Below the pieces are notes generated by a model, which did no database searches, was not told the DNA's origin, and was given only the letters and a program-made list of their open reading frames with translations. A stretch of 63,751 bases of DNA, the filler included, from Octopus bimaculoides (Eukaryota), in NCBI RefSeq assembly GCF_001194135.2. It is 7 parts of 7 records of this genome, joined end to end, with 100 filler letters (N's around TTAATTAATTAA, not from the genome) between each part and the next. Parts side by side here need not be neighbours in the genome. Positions count along the whole stretch, not along the records: positions 33,169 to 46,220 come from NC_068998.1; positions 46,321 to 52,012 come from NC_068986.1; positions 52,113 to 62,593 come from NC_069002.1; 4 more parts are not named here. One strand, written 5' to 3'. Below are positions 41,401-53,776 of the stretch, piece after piece. Position 1 is the first letter of the stretch. Each line of letters opens with the position of its first letter. Both the position numbers and the translations under genes were made by a program.

Positions 41401-44400
41401 CGTGAATGTAATTCAGAGTAATTGAACTAGTGTTTCCGGCAATAGAAATTACAGGCATTTAGATCGGTCGATCTATTTAATCGCTGGATTTTTTCCTCTT
41501 TTTGTTTTTACATGAATACATTGATTTCGACAATTTTTTCTCTGCGACACCAATTCTAAAACCAGTAATGGTAAGTATCACCGTTTATTCGATAGGAAGT
41601 AATCTGACCGCTTCCACCCGCTTCAGTCAGTCTCCTCATTGTATCATTGTTGTCATGTGTTTTATTATGATAATTATTATTGTTTGTCTTGTTGAAGCTA
41701 TGCTCTATAGATTTATCGCTGAATTACATAGAATATACTGAGCTACCGACGTCATTTATTGTCATATACCGGTGTTTATTGTTACAACTATTGTCTCATT
41801 GATGGCCTCAGCTCTCTTAAATGTCCATCTTAAACGCACTACCCACACTTCCTGGCCTTCTCCTTATCTTTTTCTGCACCTCACACATCGTTGCCTCTCA
41901 AACTTCAGAAGTGTCCTTTATTAATTATTATTTTTTTTTATTTCCCTAAAATGTAGAAAGAAAACGAGTCACCTGCTTCCAAGTAATTATATATATATAT
42001 ATATATATATCAAAAAGCGTGCAAAAGTTGTTCCTTTTCAATTTATAATAGTATCGTGAGTATAACATGTAGTCGACCTATCAGTTTATCTAGTCCCACT
42101 CCTTATCTCCTTTTCCCTTTCATCTGTTCAGTTTTAATTTATGAAAAAAGGCATCGACTTAATTTCTTACACTTTTCTCTTCTGTCTTTTTTCATCTTGG
42201 AATATTACATTAATCTAATGAGTATCTTCCGACCCACTTTTGCTTCGCCATGTCTTTAAAAATTTCGTCAAATCTTTTGCTTAGATGTTACCTCGTATTC
42301 TCTTCAATAAGATGCATCATCACTCACCGGTCTCCTCATTTCTCGAGGATATAGCTCTCTTTGCGATATTCATCGCTGGATTCTTCCACTTACTAGTAGC
42401 GATTCATTTCGGAACTAATCTTGCAGCCATCGTTTTTTCTTCCTACATTCCTAACCCCCAACCTATTGTCCTTATCGACCGATCTCCTGGGACATCTTTG
42501 GATGCTTTCTCTATTTCTATTCATGACTCCTTCTATTATTTAGTCAGTGGGTAACAGACTTTACAGTCATTGGACTAATTTTATTTGGCAAATGTTTATT
42601 TTCTCAGCTCTGTTGAACCATATATTAATATAGGCCTATATTATTGCTGATATTATGTGGTGCAGTTAGGTGTTCTGGTTATTGTTTTTTGTTGCCTCAA
42701 CTTGCACACAAATTGTACCATCTTTAAGGTACGTCGTCATGTATGGTCATCTGTTATTATGTTTATTCTATAATTGGAACATGCAACTTAGCCACACGAA
42801 ACCTCCAGCACACTCGTGAATATACTGTGCATATTCACACATAAGTATCGCTTATATCACATTTATGCACACACACACTTTGAAAACATATGCATAGTTA
42901 TTCATGTCATGTATATATATTCCCTCACATGAGACCCTCCCTCCTCTTTTCATTGGCATTACTTGCACTATCATATTAGTAGCACCCACAACTTTCTATG
43001 TAGCAACTATGTTGTTATCTTCATACATTTCTCTGTCCCTCCGGTCAGTATATGTTAGTGTAACTATAGAAACACATTTCTAATCTTTTCGTCTATTTAT
43101 AGCTTTGGTTGGTGCAAGTTATTCTGTTTTATTTAGTTTAATTTAATAGTTTGATGTAATAAACTAGTTGTAGTAGACATATTCCATTGAAATAACGAAT
43201 ATTACATCGAGAATAGTCAAAGTAGATTTTTTTCTGATAAACACTCATGTTTGAAGTATTTGTGGTGGTATTAAAAGTAAGAAAACGACTAACAGACAAG
43301 ACTGAGTGAGTGAATAAACCGAATTTTAGGATTTAAGTTGGTCTACTATCAATTTGACGCGGTCAGATAAGGTTGTCCCCCCCCCCCNNNNNNNNNNTCC
43401 CAAGCAATTAAAATATGTGGTGCGCGTGGAGCAATGTCTAAGTGGTTGAAAGAAGTATTGTAACAACCACGAAACTGAAACTCGCGATATTTTCTGTTTG
43501 CATTTTATAGATAAAAAAATTTTTGAAATGCTTTTTTTTTTGTGCTATCCAATGCAGCTGCATTTAAGGTATACTTTATTTTGTCTGATGTAATTCAGTT
43601 TCTTTGCAATTTGAGAAATCGTACTATTTTTACATTTACAAAGATTGGTCAGTGGTAGAATGTTGCATTGGATATTTGCTAGATTTGGTGTTCTAATTCA
43701 TCAGGGTTGATCTCGTTTTCCAAATGTCACACGCTTTGGTATTTAATACAAATATGCGATAATTGTGCATTTCAATGTCCATAACACGCTTTATGTTAAG
43801 GGGTGGAATATCGAAAACAATTGACTAAATATTTTTCAATACTTAGTCTTGTCTCTTTCTGTCCTTAGTTCAAATCCTTGTGTGGTAGGTTTAACCCCAC
43901 CCTTCCGAAACTCGTAGAATAAGTACCAAACATGTAGTGCGATCTGTTCAATTGACTTTGATGTGCAGTGTGTTGTGATTAAGTTTCATATACATCTTAA
44001 ATTTCTAGATATCGAGAAACGTTTGTAGAACTTCAATTACAATCCATCAGAGATCACGTGATAAGAGGTCTTGTGTTGTATAAGTCAAGGTAAAGCTATT
44101 ATTTAATAAGTGGCATTTTGCTTGAAATGTCATCGTACCATTGCTTGTAGTATTTCCTTACATAACACGAAATCCCCTATCATTTGTTAACTGACAACCT
44201 TTTTGATTAAAAAAATCAAGCTCGATCCAGCAGATAAATTTAAACATCTCCAGTTGCATTGATATCAGTCTATCTGAAAGAGCTGGGAAAGTCCACAGAT
44301 GTCACCACCTTCTTTTCTTCCTACTGGAGGTCATAGAGATATAACAATTTGAGTTTCATTTCAGTTAAATTGTGATCTTCACAAATGCCTCAATTTTATA

Positions 44401-45867
44401 AGCTACTTTCAGTTTCTCCACAGATCGCAGTATGTAAAAATCTGCTAAATGTCTCTCGCAAGAACTAGTTCTCAGCATGAATGTTTTGTGTATTTGTCAC
44501 TAAAATCCACTTTAAAATAAAAAAGTGAAATGTAATCTATCAAAATTGTTGTACTTAAGTGTTATTCTGCCATACCCATTGAAGTGTTATACCATAGCCA
44601 TCATCTGCATTTCCCAGCCAAATGTTTCATTGTTTTCATTACCCAACCAAGTGGTGTGTCAGCTCTATCTTAATTACCCAGTTAAATGTTGTACCATCTC
44701 CATCATCATTATTACCCAAGCAGGTGTTGCAATTGTGTAGTTCAGCTTTACTGTATCCAATTTGGATCGTGTCCTCAGTAGATCACAGACTGTAGTGAAG
44801 TTGGCCTCATATGGTCCTGAAGTTATTATAAACAATCAAAAAAGGTCTTCTAGTCAACATTAAACAAAATGGGTGGGAGCCAGTATCATTGGTACATTTG
44901 TTTACTTTTTCTGAACCAAATTTTGAGGTCATTCAGTTAGAATGTGACAGTTGTTAGTGTTATCATTTCTTATTTGTTACAAGCCTTCCTGTAAGAAATA
45001 CTTAAAAGTTCTTTGCTATTAAACAGGTCACAAGGTCACACTTATGCTGAATATATTTTAGTTTTAGCACTCTCTACTTGTATTCAGTTTGAATGTAGGT
45101 GTTTAAAAAAGTTTTTTTTTATATACACAAGGATCTCCTCTATCATTTGTAACCCAAGGGAGCCTTTAGCAATCTCTTGACCTGTTATAAATAGCATCCA
45201 AATCTTCCTTAGAGATAGAATGGGGCATGACTAGAGGTCCTTTTGATCATTGGTCTGCTCAGATGGGACTAAACAATAACTTATTCCAGATGAGCCAATA
45301 AAGGAACCTATAAGCTGTCACTCAACTTGCTGGAAGCAACCAAATTTCATTTAAATGCTACCCTATTGCCTTAAAAAAAGGATACATTAGATAATGTGGT
45401 CCATAGGTCTGCTGTCCTGTAATTAAACAATCTGTTTAGTATGAGCCAATGAGTAAAGCATTGACTTGCTAAAATCAACAACCAAATAACTCTCAGATCA
45501 CAACTCTGCCAGCCTAGAAATGGAGATATTGGAAATTTAGCCGTGTATACACTGTCTGAAGAAAGAATTGGATGGTCATGGTTGAAATGGATATGATCAT
45601 GCATCTGCTGAATCAGAGCTGGCTTGAAGCTAGATGATAGCTTGGAAGATTTCTCGATAACTTTGCATCAGTGATTGATCAGGTTAATGCTGAAGTTATT
45701 GTAGTAGTTCCATTTTGATATTTGCAGGCAAAGGGATGTCATTGAAATAGACAATTTCTGATGTATTTCAATGCTGAGAGGTATCAACAATACTTCTTAA
45801 TGTCTTTTTCTCCTTTGAATGTCTACCTAGTTTTCCATGTTACTTGCTGTCTTAATAATAATAACTA

Positions 45868-46220
45868 GCTCAAAATATCTGGCAGTGCTCAAAATATCTG
45901 GCAGTGTTGGCTATAGCCTAGTCACCCGTATTACGAACCAGGTGATACACGAAGGAGTCATACCCTATGACTGGTGTAGCAGCATCATAGTCAACTGCTA
46001 CAAAGGTAAAGGGGACGCTTTAGATACAAATAATTACAGAGGCATCAAGCTGTTAGATCAGGTTATGAAAGTTACAGAGAGGGTCATAGCCCAACTAATT
46101 AGGGAGCGAATCAATTTAGATGAGATGCAGTTTGGGTTCGTGCCAGGTAAAAGCACTACTGATGCCTTATTTCTAGTGAGACAGTTGCAAGAGAAATACC
46201 TAGCCAAGGATAAACCTCTG
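45868..46220 (+). mobile_element. RTE-clade LINE reverse transcriptase fragment, open frame, running into a scaffold join
   Basis: LKISGSVGYSLVTRITNQVIHEGVIPYDWCSSIIVNCYKGKGDALDTNNYRGIKLL...MQFGFVPGKSTTDALFLVRQLQEKYLAKDKPL. A 19-bp duplication (gctcaaaatatctggcagt x2) marks the 5' junction. Confidence 0.92.
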
Positions 46221-46320
46221 NNNNNNNNNNNNNNNNNNNNNNNNNNNNNNNNNNNNNNNNNNNNTTAATTAATTAANNNNNNNNNNNNNNNNNNNNNNNN
46301 NNNNNNNNNNNNNNNNNNNN

Positions 46321-46357
<37 letters not shown>

Positions 46358-46414
46358 GAGAGAGAGAGAGAGAGAGAGATGTATATATATATGCATGTAT
46401 ATATATATATATGC

Positions 46415-46474
<60 letters not shown>

Positions 46475-47345
46475 GGAGGGAGGGGGAGAGAGATAGAGAG
46501 AGAAAAAGAGAGAAAGATGAAACTAAAGGATTCAAAGACAAATGGACTCCAGAAACGGCCGTATGGTGCTATAACCCTCTCTAAGCATTTCGTTAGAATT
46601 CTTAAAATAAATTTAGCCTCATTATTTTTCTGACTTTCAAATCCACCATTAAGATTTCTCACTGCCGTTGAAGTATCTTACAACTTTTAATTCTTAATTC
46701 AACATTTTTAATCCTAAATTTAATATGATCTTTAATCGAAGTATCACTGTTTATTTATTTATCCTTTTCACGTATATTTTTATCTCATGTATTTCTTATT
46801 TCTATTCTAAATAATATATTGATATCTTCCTTGTCTTAGTGTATTTATTGAGTTATATGTATTTATTATGTTGATATAAATCATAACTATAGGATGGTAT
46901 CATCGTTTCCATATCTAGCCTTACGTGATACACATAGACCCCGGTTTCTGAGCTAAAACAACAGTAGCATCGTCAACTATGGACGCTACATTTAGCCAGC
47001 TGGAGGAGATGCTGATGATTATCTAAATATTAGCTCTTATTAAACCAAATTATATAATGTCTAGCGTGTCGGGTTTGACATGAGTACTTTCAAGCAATTG
47101 TGTAAACAAAACTTTTTTCGAAAGAAATAACAATATATATATATATAGGCAATACTAAATCTCTGAGCGAGAAGTAAACAGTAGCAGTTCGGAATCGTAA
47201 AATGTAATTGCCAACTAAATGTGGCCGTCCCATAGAGGACGATGCTATTGTTGTTTTTAGCCCTAGAAGGACATCTCATCCAGCTGTCTAACGACACACT
47301 GTCTGTGTTCGATTAGTATTTGCGAGGGGAAATCACCGTTCCCAT

Positions 47346-47637
47346 CTGCCTGGAATCGAATTCGGAATCTTGCGGTTAGTTGCCCGTGCTCTTAGCCATT
47401 GCCCCATATGCCCGTGGACATATGGCGTAGTGGTTAAGAGCGGCCGCTACTAACCACAAGATTCCGAGTTCGATTCCAGGCAGTGACCTGAATAATAATA
47501 AGAATAACAACAACATCGAAAAATACCTTTGGAATGAGAACCCAGGTTCGAAATTTCCCCAAGACACCTGATCAAGGCTGGAGGGTATATCAGCCGAAAC
47601 GTTGTGTTAACAACAAAGATGAGTACAAATATCGTGT
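47346..47637. mobile_element. Non-autonomous element (family D): palindromic double tRNA-like head, TAA/CAA linker and hammerhead
   Basis: 47346-47410 is the inverted copy of 47419-47483 (A-box tggcgtagtggttaaga, B-box gagttcgattcc). It is followed by aataataat/aacaacaac, then the body and hammerhead shared with 52436-52584. Confidence 0.75.
47563..47608 (+). ncRNA. Minimal type I hammerhead motif, probably inactive (G8C)
   Basis: GACAC CUGAUCA A GGCUG-gaggguauau-CAGCC GAA ACGU U GUGUU. Same family as 52493-52538 but the core reads CUGAUCA. Confidence 0.7.
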
Positions 47638-47940
47638 GTGTGTCCCTTAAAAGGCATTAATCATTATGACACATACCTTCACTCACTCACTCATTCACTC
47701 TATCTCTCTCACCCTCTTTCTCTCTCACATACACACGTGCTAGCACGCGCACACACACACACACACACACGCACGCGCGCGTTCATACACTTTTCACTTT
47801 CTTTCTGTGTTCTTTTCGCTTTCTCTTTCAATTTCTGATTCAAATAAAATGTTTACGGATACAACTGCTTACAATAATAGGGATTAATGTATAATTTCTT
47901 TCTATGTTCATATGTTTTTGTTTACAATAAAGGGAAAAAT

Positions 47941-48355
47941 ATGCCACCAAAGAAAGCACGTAATCTGTCCAGAAACAAGTATAAAGCAAGGAGGAGTGTA
48001 GAAAACTGAAGGCGAGAGTCTGAAGAGAGAAACCAGACGAGATTTTCTCAACATCAGCAAATGCATGTGGCAGCACTTAATGCTGGATCATTAAATCAAT
48101 GTTTTAATGATTAGACAGGGGTCCAATAGAACAGCTCTCAGAAACAGACTACGTACAAATTCGTTATTCACAACTCCTGAAGCTGTTTTCAGATATGATC
48201 CATCCTATTCTTATACAAATAATAACTCTGTCCGAATTGGTGTGCTAAACACAAATTATTTTTTCTGTAGAATTTTAAAATTTTCAAATGAAACAAATGG
48301 TATGTGCTGCTCAGGCGGTCAGGTAACATTGCCAGCACTACCAGTTCCTTCTCAC
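47941..48355 (+). mobile_element. Helitron RepHel N-terminal fragment (pseudogenised)
   Basis: MPPKKARNLSR... then AVFRYDPSYSY...VRIGVLNTNYFFCRILKFSNETNGMCCSGGQVTLPAL, matching the AFxYD..IG..C..LKF..E..G.CC..G.V.LP Zn-finger pattern. Confidence 0.75.
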
Positions 48356-48837
48356 AACATTTTAGATGATGGGTTGTGTTAGACACAGCGCCGACAGCCG
48401 CAAAGAGAGCATATCCACTGAAAGTTTCTCGGTGCGATCAAAAATCACATAGCCCCCACAGGTTAGGGCCTGAAATACTTCAAACGGAACCATAGCATGT
48501 TGCTTAGTCGAATTAGCCCATCATTTACTCCACAAATGTTTTGTTGTCAATGCTGCACTTACCCATATCACTTGTTTCAACATAACTGTAATACATTATA
48601 TACAAAGTATGCCATTTTAATCTCGAGCAACACCAGGTGTCTCTACTAGTATATAAATATATATATATCTCCATGCATACATGTATACATACATTGTCTG
48701 TCTTCTGTCCGTTTGTGCACTCAATATACATGTTTTCCATTCGCCTGTGCATTCATTACCCGTTTTTGCTTTTACTTGTCGCTTGTGTATCTACTATACA
48801 TTTTTTCACTATATATATAGAGAGAGAGAGTCTTTTA

Positions 48838-49049
48838 CACTTTTACTTGTTTCAGTCATTTGACTGCGGCCATGCTGGAGCACAGCCTTTAGTTGAACAA
48901 ATCGAACCCAGAACTTATTCTTTGTAAGCCTAGTACTTTTTTCTATCGGTCTCTTTTGCCGAACCGCTAGGTTACGGGAACGTAAACACATTACCATCGG
49001 TTGTCAAGCGATGTTGGGGACAAACACAGACACACAAACATATACACAC

Positions 49050-49112
<63 letters not shown>

Positions 49113-49265
49113 CATATACGACGGGCTTCTTTCTGTTTCCGTCTAGCAAATCCACTCGCATGGCTTTGGTCGGCCCGAGGCTACAGTAGAAGACACTTGC
49201 ACGAGGTGTCATTCAGTGGGACTGAAGCCGGAACCATATGTGGTTGGTAAACAAGCTACTTACCT
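48838..49265 (-). mobile_element. SINE family B, full length
   Basis: cttttacttgtttcagtcatttgactgcggccatgctggagcac ... gaaccatatgtggttggtaaacaagctact. Confidence 0.88.
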
Positions 49266-49599
49266 CATATAAAATATATAGTAAATGTTCAACAAAATAT
49301 ACGAATAACAAACACGACTAGAAGAAAACAACAATGCGAGGACGTAATATAGACAAAATATTACCACACACACACACACATACACACACATACACACACA
49401 CTTAGTGACAAAAAGATACAGAAAATAGTTACCACATACCACTATCATAAAAGTATCTTTAAGATGGTGTGTTAGTGCAATATGTTGTGTGTGTGTGTGT
49501 GTGTGTGCGCGCGCGCGTGCGAGCTTATGTTTGTGTGTGCGCGCGCGCGTACGTGTGTGTGTGTGTGCGCGCGTACGTGTGTGCGTGTGTGCGTGCATA

Positions 49600-49630
<31 letters not shown>

Positions 49631-50375
49631 GAGAGAGAGTTTGTATGTGTGTATATATGCAGATGTGCGTGTGTATGTGAGTCGGTTTGTGTGTACGTGA
49701 GTTTCTTTGGGTGTATGTATTTCACATTCACAAATGCATAATCATTTGTATTTTCATGTATTTATTTTACCGTCTTTCTCTTTCATTATTTCTTCTCTTT
49801 CCTCCGTATTGTCCTCCACCTCAACACCTCTTCCTGTCGCCTTCTCTCTTTCATTTATATCACTGCTTTCTTTGACAATCTGTCAATCAATTGATCCTAA
49901 TTACCGCCACGTCAGGTTTATTTATCCTGCTCTGATGTCTACACAACACTGCACTGTTGACATCCCATCCTATCCGCCGCTCCATTGTCGGCAGCAACTT
50001 GTCCTTAGATGTGAAAACGCATCAGTAACCATCAACAAGCTACTACCGATGTCACCTCCACCTCCACCTCCTCAGCACTAACCACTTCTCCCGTCACCAT
50101 TACGACAAAGAAAATAAAAAAATAGCTGACGGCAACAGCAGCAACAGCAACAAATTGTAACCATGGTATCAGCAAAATCATCAGCAGCAGCAGCATCACC
50201 ATCCTAACCGTCGTCATCGTCTTCATCATGATCATCATCATCATCCTTTGACGCGCCTCTTCCAACTCATCCGTCGTTGTCATCATCGCCAATAAAAGAA
50301 AAAGCCGAACCAACTCGGAGCAAACCACGCGGTTGTTGGTGTTTAGCCCAATGTCAAACTTGAACGAGTAAAATA

Positions 50376-51630
50376 TTAGGCTGTCTGACATGAAATGTCG
50401 CATTTGAAAAAGGAAACATTAAAATTGTTTTTTAAGTTTTAGCATATTTATTTTTAAATCAAAATATGATCCTTGTTCATTTATGACTTCTATCTGACGT
50501 TCCTCTAAGACATATTCCGTCTTCAATGAATTTGTCATTTATTACACTGATAAACTGTTCGAATGTTTCAATTACCTCTTCTTTAAGAATGTTTTATTGC
50601 GTATAGCAAGCTCATAGTGTTTAAATATGTGATAAGCAGTAGGAGAGATAAGGAGGATATGCCAAAATTTCATAATTCAGGCGTTGCAACTTGTGGACCG
50701 TAGCTTGAGAAGTGTGAGGCCGTGCATTATCATGGAGCAAAACTGGGCCATTTCGATTCACTAATCTGGGATACTTCTTTTTTAATTTTTCATGCATACA
50801 ATCAACTTCCTGACAATAGAATGTTGCTGTTATAGTTTTTCTTTGTTGCAAAATTGAATAATGAATAACCCCCTATGTTGACCACCATACAGTGACCATT
50901 AACTTTTTAGCGTATAATTGTGGTTTTGGGTTATGTTTTGGGGACTCTCCTGCATCTAACCACTGTCCTGTCCTCTTGCTGTTATCAAAGAGTATCTATT
51001 TCTCATCACACGTAATGTGATGAGAAATAGATACAAAAATGGTTCTCTTTCCAACCGAGAAATCAACATGGCACACACTGTAAGGCATCTGTTTCTTTGA
51101 ATTTCCTTAAGTTGACGGAGAAAAAAAACCTATCCATCTTTTTGACATTTCCAATTTTCTTCAAGTGTCGAGAAGCAGTTGCGGGAGATGTCTGGATCTC
51201 TGATCCGATTTTTCGGACCGTTGTTCTCGGATTTCGTTTAACCAAAGCATTCAATTCATCATGCCGAATAACTGATTTTGGTCTTCCTCTTGGTTCATTT
51301 TAGAGTTTCATTTCCTGAACGAAATCTTTGGAACTATCTCTGAACAGTTCTAATGTCAACAGAATCGTTACTAAAAGCTCACTTGATATTTCATAGAGCT
51401 TCGGTGGCCGAGTGACCCAACTTGTATTCGTAGAAGAAAATCACTGGGTATTGTTCGGTTGTCAACATAGTCATAAGAGCTGTGAGTAGCAATTTTGAAT
51501 AATAGTATTGCCTAGAAAGAAAAAGAGTTAAGAGTAAACACAAGTATATACATAGAAACTCATTAAAAATCCATTTATAGATGACTCATAAGAAACGCAT
51601 TTAAAATACATTTCATGTGAGACAACCTCA
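50376..51630 (-). mobile_element. Near full-length decayed mariner (DD34D) transposon with TIRs and TA flanks
   Basis: TA|ttaggctgtctgacatgaaatgt ... acatttcatgtgagacaacctca|TA (about 20/23 inverted match, 1255 bp). Fragments LVKRNPRTTVRKIG...RHLKKIGNVKK and GPVLLHDNARPHTS...YEILAYPPY. Confidence 0.88.
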
Positions 51631-51744
51631 TATAATAATCAAGCGTATCCTAGGTGTTGCTATTTCAGCTTCCGATGTGCTGTAGATAACCCAGGGTCAC
51701 ATTTGTAACAAATGGATTTTTTTTCTTTAAACGGTAAGCTGTGA

Positions 51745-51990
51745 TGTGCGTGAGACTTAGCTACTATTTCTAGCATCTCGATTGACCATATAGAATCACC
51801 TGTTGGTTCGCCGCTACGTGGTCGCTCGTTCTGCTAAGTATAGCTGCCAAATCACCTTGAAATTTCACCCTAGGAAAATTATTAGAGAAAAGATCCTGGA
51901 TCCATTATAACCCAGGAAAGAGGGAGATGTTCTTAGCTGGAACGCTTTTCATCAGAGTTAACCAACGGCTACACAAGGCAGCAACAGTGG
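51745..51990. mobile_element. Repeat family F with a fold-back centre
   Basis: ctatttctagca...gacca.atag (51764-51793) is inverted relative to ctacgtggtcgctcg..ctgctaagtatag (51814-51843), about 20/30 matches. Other F pieces lie at 45300-45420, 52115-52180 and 55500-55570. Confidence 0.55.
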
Positions 51991-52435
51991 AACTATATAT
52001 ATATATATATATNNNNNNNNNNNNNNNNNNNNNNNNNNNNNNNNNNNNNNNNNNNNTTAATTAATTAANNNNNNNNNNNNNNNNNNNNNNNNNNNNNNNN
52101 NNNNNNNNNNNNACAACACTTAGATAATGTGTCGTTTGACTGCTATTTTTGCAGGTCAAGTGACTACCTAAAGGCTCATACAGTTGTGTAATAAAAATAA
52201 CAGTTGAATGTGCATGAGGTACTATTTGAATGCTAGTGCATTGAGGAAGTAAAAGGATATTGGCAGCAATTGCTCAAGACTTGTTATTATTTTAAGAACA
52301 TGTAATGTTTATGTATGATGCTTATTGAGATGGAAGTAGAAAGAGAGTAAGAATTCAACTATAGTTAGTATGATTTTGATAATGTTATGCACCATGAGTT
52401 AACTTTAGTTAGAGACAGCAGGACATACACTATTG

Positions 52436-52670
52436 TACATTATTTACATTATCTACATTTGACGGATATTCGTCCTCATCTTGTTTGTTGTTAACACAAC
52501 GTTTCGGCTGATATACCCTCCAGCCTTCGTCAGGTGTCTTGGGGAAATTTCGAACCTGGGGAAATTTCGAACTTGGGGAAATTTCAAACAAGATGAGGAC
52601 GAATATCCGTCAAATGTAGATAATGTAAATAATGTAAATAATTCCTCATCTCTTAAATATAGAACTGTAT
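52436..52670. mobile_element. Family D copy, 5'-truncated, with a perfect inverted duplication of its 3' part
   Basis: 52436-52487 and 52585-52636 are exact reverse complements (52/52). They flank the hammerhead and about 2.6 copies of a 17-bp unit (ggggaaatttcgaacYt). Confidence 0.8.
52493..52538 (-). ncRNA. Minimal type I hammerhead ribozyme (Penelope type), intact core
   Basis: Minus strand: GACAC CUGACGA A GGCUG-gaggguauau-CAGCC GAA ACGU U GUGUU. Stem I gacac/guguu, 5-bp stem II, palindromic ACGU stem III, GUU cleavage triplet. Confidence 0.8.
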
Positions 52671-53269
52671 ACACTATTGTGCCTAATTGCATTCTCAGTT
52701 TGCTAAACGAAATATTAATCCAACAAGGGAAGATTCAAATAAGCTCAATAGTTTACACAGCACTTGACAAAATTGTATTCTATATTTACAGTTAAATCAT
52801 TTGCCCTGCAGTTAGTTGGCTTTGCAATTTTGTCATTTTTTCGGTCAATAANNNNNNNNNNNNNNNNNNNNNNNNNNNNNNNNNNNNNNNNNNNNNNNNN
52901 NNNNNNNNNNNNNNNNNNNNNNNNNNNNNNNNNNNNNNNNNNNNNNNNNNNNNNNNNNNNNNNNNNNNNNNNNNNNNNNNNNNNNNNNNNNNNNNNNNNN
53001 NNNNNNNNNNNNNNNNNNNNNNNNNNNNNNNNNNNNNNNNNNNNNNNNNNNNNNNNNNNNNNNNNNNNNNNNNNNNNNNNNNNNNNNNNNNNNNNNNNNN
53101 NNNNNNNNNNNNNNNNNNNNNNNNNNNNNNNNNNNNNNNNNNNNNNNNNNNNNNNNNNNNNNNNNNNNNNNNNNNNNNNNNNNNNNNNNNNNNNNCATAC
53201 ATCTATATATACATGTATGTTTATATACATGTATATTTATATACATGTATATTTATATGCATGTATTTA

Positions 53270-53638
53270 TATGCTGGAGCACTGCCTTTAGTCGAGCAAA
53301 TTGACCCCAGAGCTTATTCTTTCCAAAGCCTAGTATTTATTCTATCGGCCTCTTTTGCCAAACCGCTAAGTTACGGAGACATAAACACACCAGCATCGGT
53401 TGTCAATCGATGTTGGGGGGACAAACACAGACACACAAATACACACACACACATATATATACATATACAAATATACGACGAGTGTCTTTCAGTTTCTGTC
53501 TACCAAATCCACTCACAAGGTTTTGGTCGGCCCGAAGCTATAGTAGAAGACACTTGCCCAAGGTGCCACACAGTGGGACTGAACCCTGAACCATGTGGTT
53601 GGTAAGCAAACTACTTACCATGCAGCCACTCCTGCGCA
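53270..53638 (-). mobile_element. SINE family B
   Basis: atgctggagcactgcctttagtcgagc ... catgcagccactcctgcgc. Confidence 0.85.
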
Positions 53639-53644
53639 GTTATC

Positions 53645-53776
53645 ATTCAGCTAGTGTTAGGTACATAGATTGTGACTAAGGTTTGGTGGAAGATTTTGAT
53701 TCAAAACTTATGAAAACATGACATTTTTACTCAGAGCCAAAGCTGGTTTCAGCCGGGTTGGTAATCAAAGGGTTAA
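53645..53776. mobile_element. Possible piggyBac-type MITE end
   Basis: Ends ...ggtaatcaaaggg|TTAA. A reciprocal-type end TTAA|ccctcttgtt occurs at 34627. Confidence 0.3.

Noticed and set aside
44716-44817. Minus-strand open exon-like segment (GPYEANFTTVCDLLRTRSKLDTVKLNYTIATPAW)
   Set aside because: Weak donor and no similarity to DNAJC28 or any family I recognise.
45728-45780. 53-bp AG...GT segment with the size of HDAC8 exon 2
   Set aside because: It has an in-frame TGA and no similarity to ASMVHSLIEAY.
47419-47490. A genuine tRNA gene
   Set aside because: No acceptor-stem closure or Pol III terminator, the stems are mismatched, and it continues into a repeat body. The same applies to the other SINE heads.
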